A stretch of 63,201 nucleotides of DNA, counting the filler, from Hyphochytrium catenoides (Eukaryota; Protista; Hyphochytriomycota), in the NCBI GenBank assembly GCA_900088475.1. It is 7 parts of 7 records of this genome, joined end to end, with 100 filler letters (N's around TTAATTAATTAA, not from the genome) between each part and the next. Parts side by side here need not be neighbours in the genome. Positions count along the whole stretch, not along the records: positions 59,510 to 63,201 come from FLMG01002687.1; 6 more parts are not named here. One strand, written 5' to 3'. The notes under the pieces are model-generated. The model was not told the origin of the DNA and ran no database searches. It worked only from the letters and a program-made list of their open reading frames with translations. Each line of letters begins with the position of its first letter. Positions within the stretch are counted from its first letter, which is position 1. A program made the position numbers and the translations under genes. Positions 61,807 through 63,201 of this stretch are shown here, in pieces.

Positions 61807-63072
61807 CTAAACTAATAAATCTGCGGTTGGATCTCTCCTGCGGAGGGAGACATCCTCTCTGGTCTGTCCCTCCCCATGCCTCTCCTCCAATTCTAGCTTC
61901 GTCCGCTTTAATTGGCCGTCCTGTCCCTCACTTGCTCCCTCCTTTGATGGTTGCCTCAGACGCTCAATAAAGGAATGCACTGATTCCTTCTTGGAACGGA
62001 CCTCTTCCTCGCCCTTGGCACTGCTGTCAAAATCTTCGGAGTATTTTCGCTTCTTTTCCTTTCTTTTCTCATCCCTGTCTCTCTTCTTATCTCTATCTTT
62101 CTTGTTTTGGGAACCCTGCTGCCGGCTCTCGTTCAGCTGGACCAGTTCTTGCCGCTCTGCTTCTTGGATCTTCCTAAAAAACAGCTTCAAAGCACATTCG
62201 GGGCAGACGCGGACCTACAACGTGCGGGACAAAGCACCGTAGAGATCTTTAGTTGATATGTCAAAGGCTTGTACTAACCGTCTTCCTCCGCAGTTTGTGT
62301 TGATAGCTCTTTCTGGCTAGTTTCTCCGTTCGCCTGTCCCTCTCTCTCTCCTCCTTCATGAGGCTGCTTAAGTGTAGTTCCATCTCTCTCTGCTAAACTG
62401 CTTGACCCGTAACTCATAGCTCCATCACAAATATCTTCTATCTGCGGCTCCTGTTTCCTTCTCTCCATTTAAGTCTTGTTCTTGCCCTAGATGCTCCTCT
62501 CTCTCTCTCTCTTCTCCTTCTCTGTTCTCCTCTCTGTCTCATACTTACCTTCACCAGGCACCTCTTCTTCTCCCCTTGCTCCATGTACGCGAAAGGTATC
62601 TCATAGCTGTGCAAACTCTCGGTCTCTTCGCATTTCTTGCCCCCGCAAATAAATTGCCCTTTGCCTTCTATCACCTCGTCCTCCGTGCGCCACCGCAGTC
62701 CCACCTTGCCTTCCTTATGCCTGTGCGGTATGGAGACGTTGACAAGAGACAAAGAGAGGGGAGAAGTTAGCCCCAAAGCAGAAAGCTTAGAAAGCCGAAG
62801 GTTGGCAAAGGCGGAGAAGACGCTGTGGGAAGCGAATAGAGGGCAAGAGAATAGAAAAGGGAGAGAATAAGGGAGCACAAGAAGAGAGTGAAAGAAGAAG
62901 GAGAGAGAGGGACAGAGAGAGAGAGAGAGGAGGAGAGAGATGGGAGCGACCGAGAAAGGATAGAAGTAAGTCCCTACCTAGATAGATCGGCCACTGCGTA
63001 CTCCTTAAAGAGCCTGTCATAGTACTTCTTAGCCGTGCGCTGCTCCCATGTCAACTCATCTTCGTTCTCCTC
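61807..63072 (-). CDS. FRA10AC1: FRA10AC1 homologue (spliceosome-associated), 5' end outside window
   Basis: Exons 63072-62978, 62720-62549, 62214-61807: WEQRTAKKYYDRLFKEYAVADLSR, VGLRWRTEDEVIEGKGQFICG..KC, LHSYEIPFAYMEQGEKKRCLVKVRVCPECALKL. Confidence 0.93.
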
Positions 63073-63201
63073 CTGGAGCAGACGTCAGAGGCACAGAGAA
63101 AGCACCCGAAGCGCCAGGAAGAAGACCAGCAGAAAGACAATGGACAGCAAAGCGTGAGGCGCAGATCAGGGAAATAAAAAAGGGGAAAGAAAGAGAGAAA
63201 A

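Overview
Eukaryotic genomic DNA, intron-rich and full of (AG)n/(CT)n microsatellite. It most likely comes from a flagellated stramenopile-type protist (inferred from DRC11 and a mastigoneme-like EGF protein). The window is made of seven pieces joined by artificial 100-bp N44-TTAATTAATTAA-N44 linkers, so adjacency across linkers is not evidence of synteny. Spliced housekeeping genes read by hand: short-form ribophorin II, tRNA-Ser(UGA), RtcB tRNA ligase (two GC-AG introns), a GT49/LARGE-like glycosyltransferase, the DRC11/IQCA1 5' end, STRAP, FolC, PABP, an MFS transporter and FRA10AC1. Less ordinary content: (1) a miniature LTR retrotransposon (TRIM) nested in Copia debris at about 44.9-46.0 kb. 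Its LTR carries a tRNA-like Pol III module whose 3' end (plus CCA) is complementary to the element's own primer-binding site, so it is a candidate self-primed retroelement. (2) An intronless 1172-aa fusion of a TLC-like membrane domain with a COG2907-type FAD oxidoreductase. (3) A cluster of three paralogues combining a degenerate bZIP-like zipper with an NTF2/SnoaL-like domain, two of which carry lesions. All family assignments rest on recognised motifs; no database search was run.
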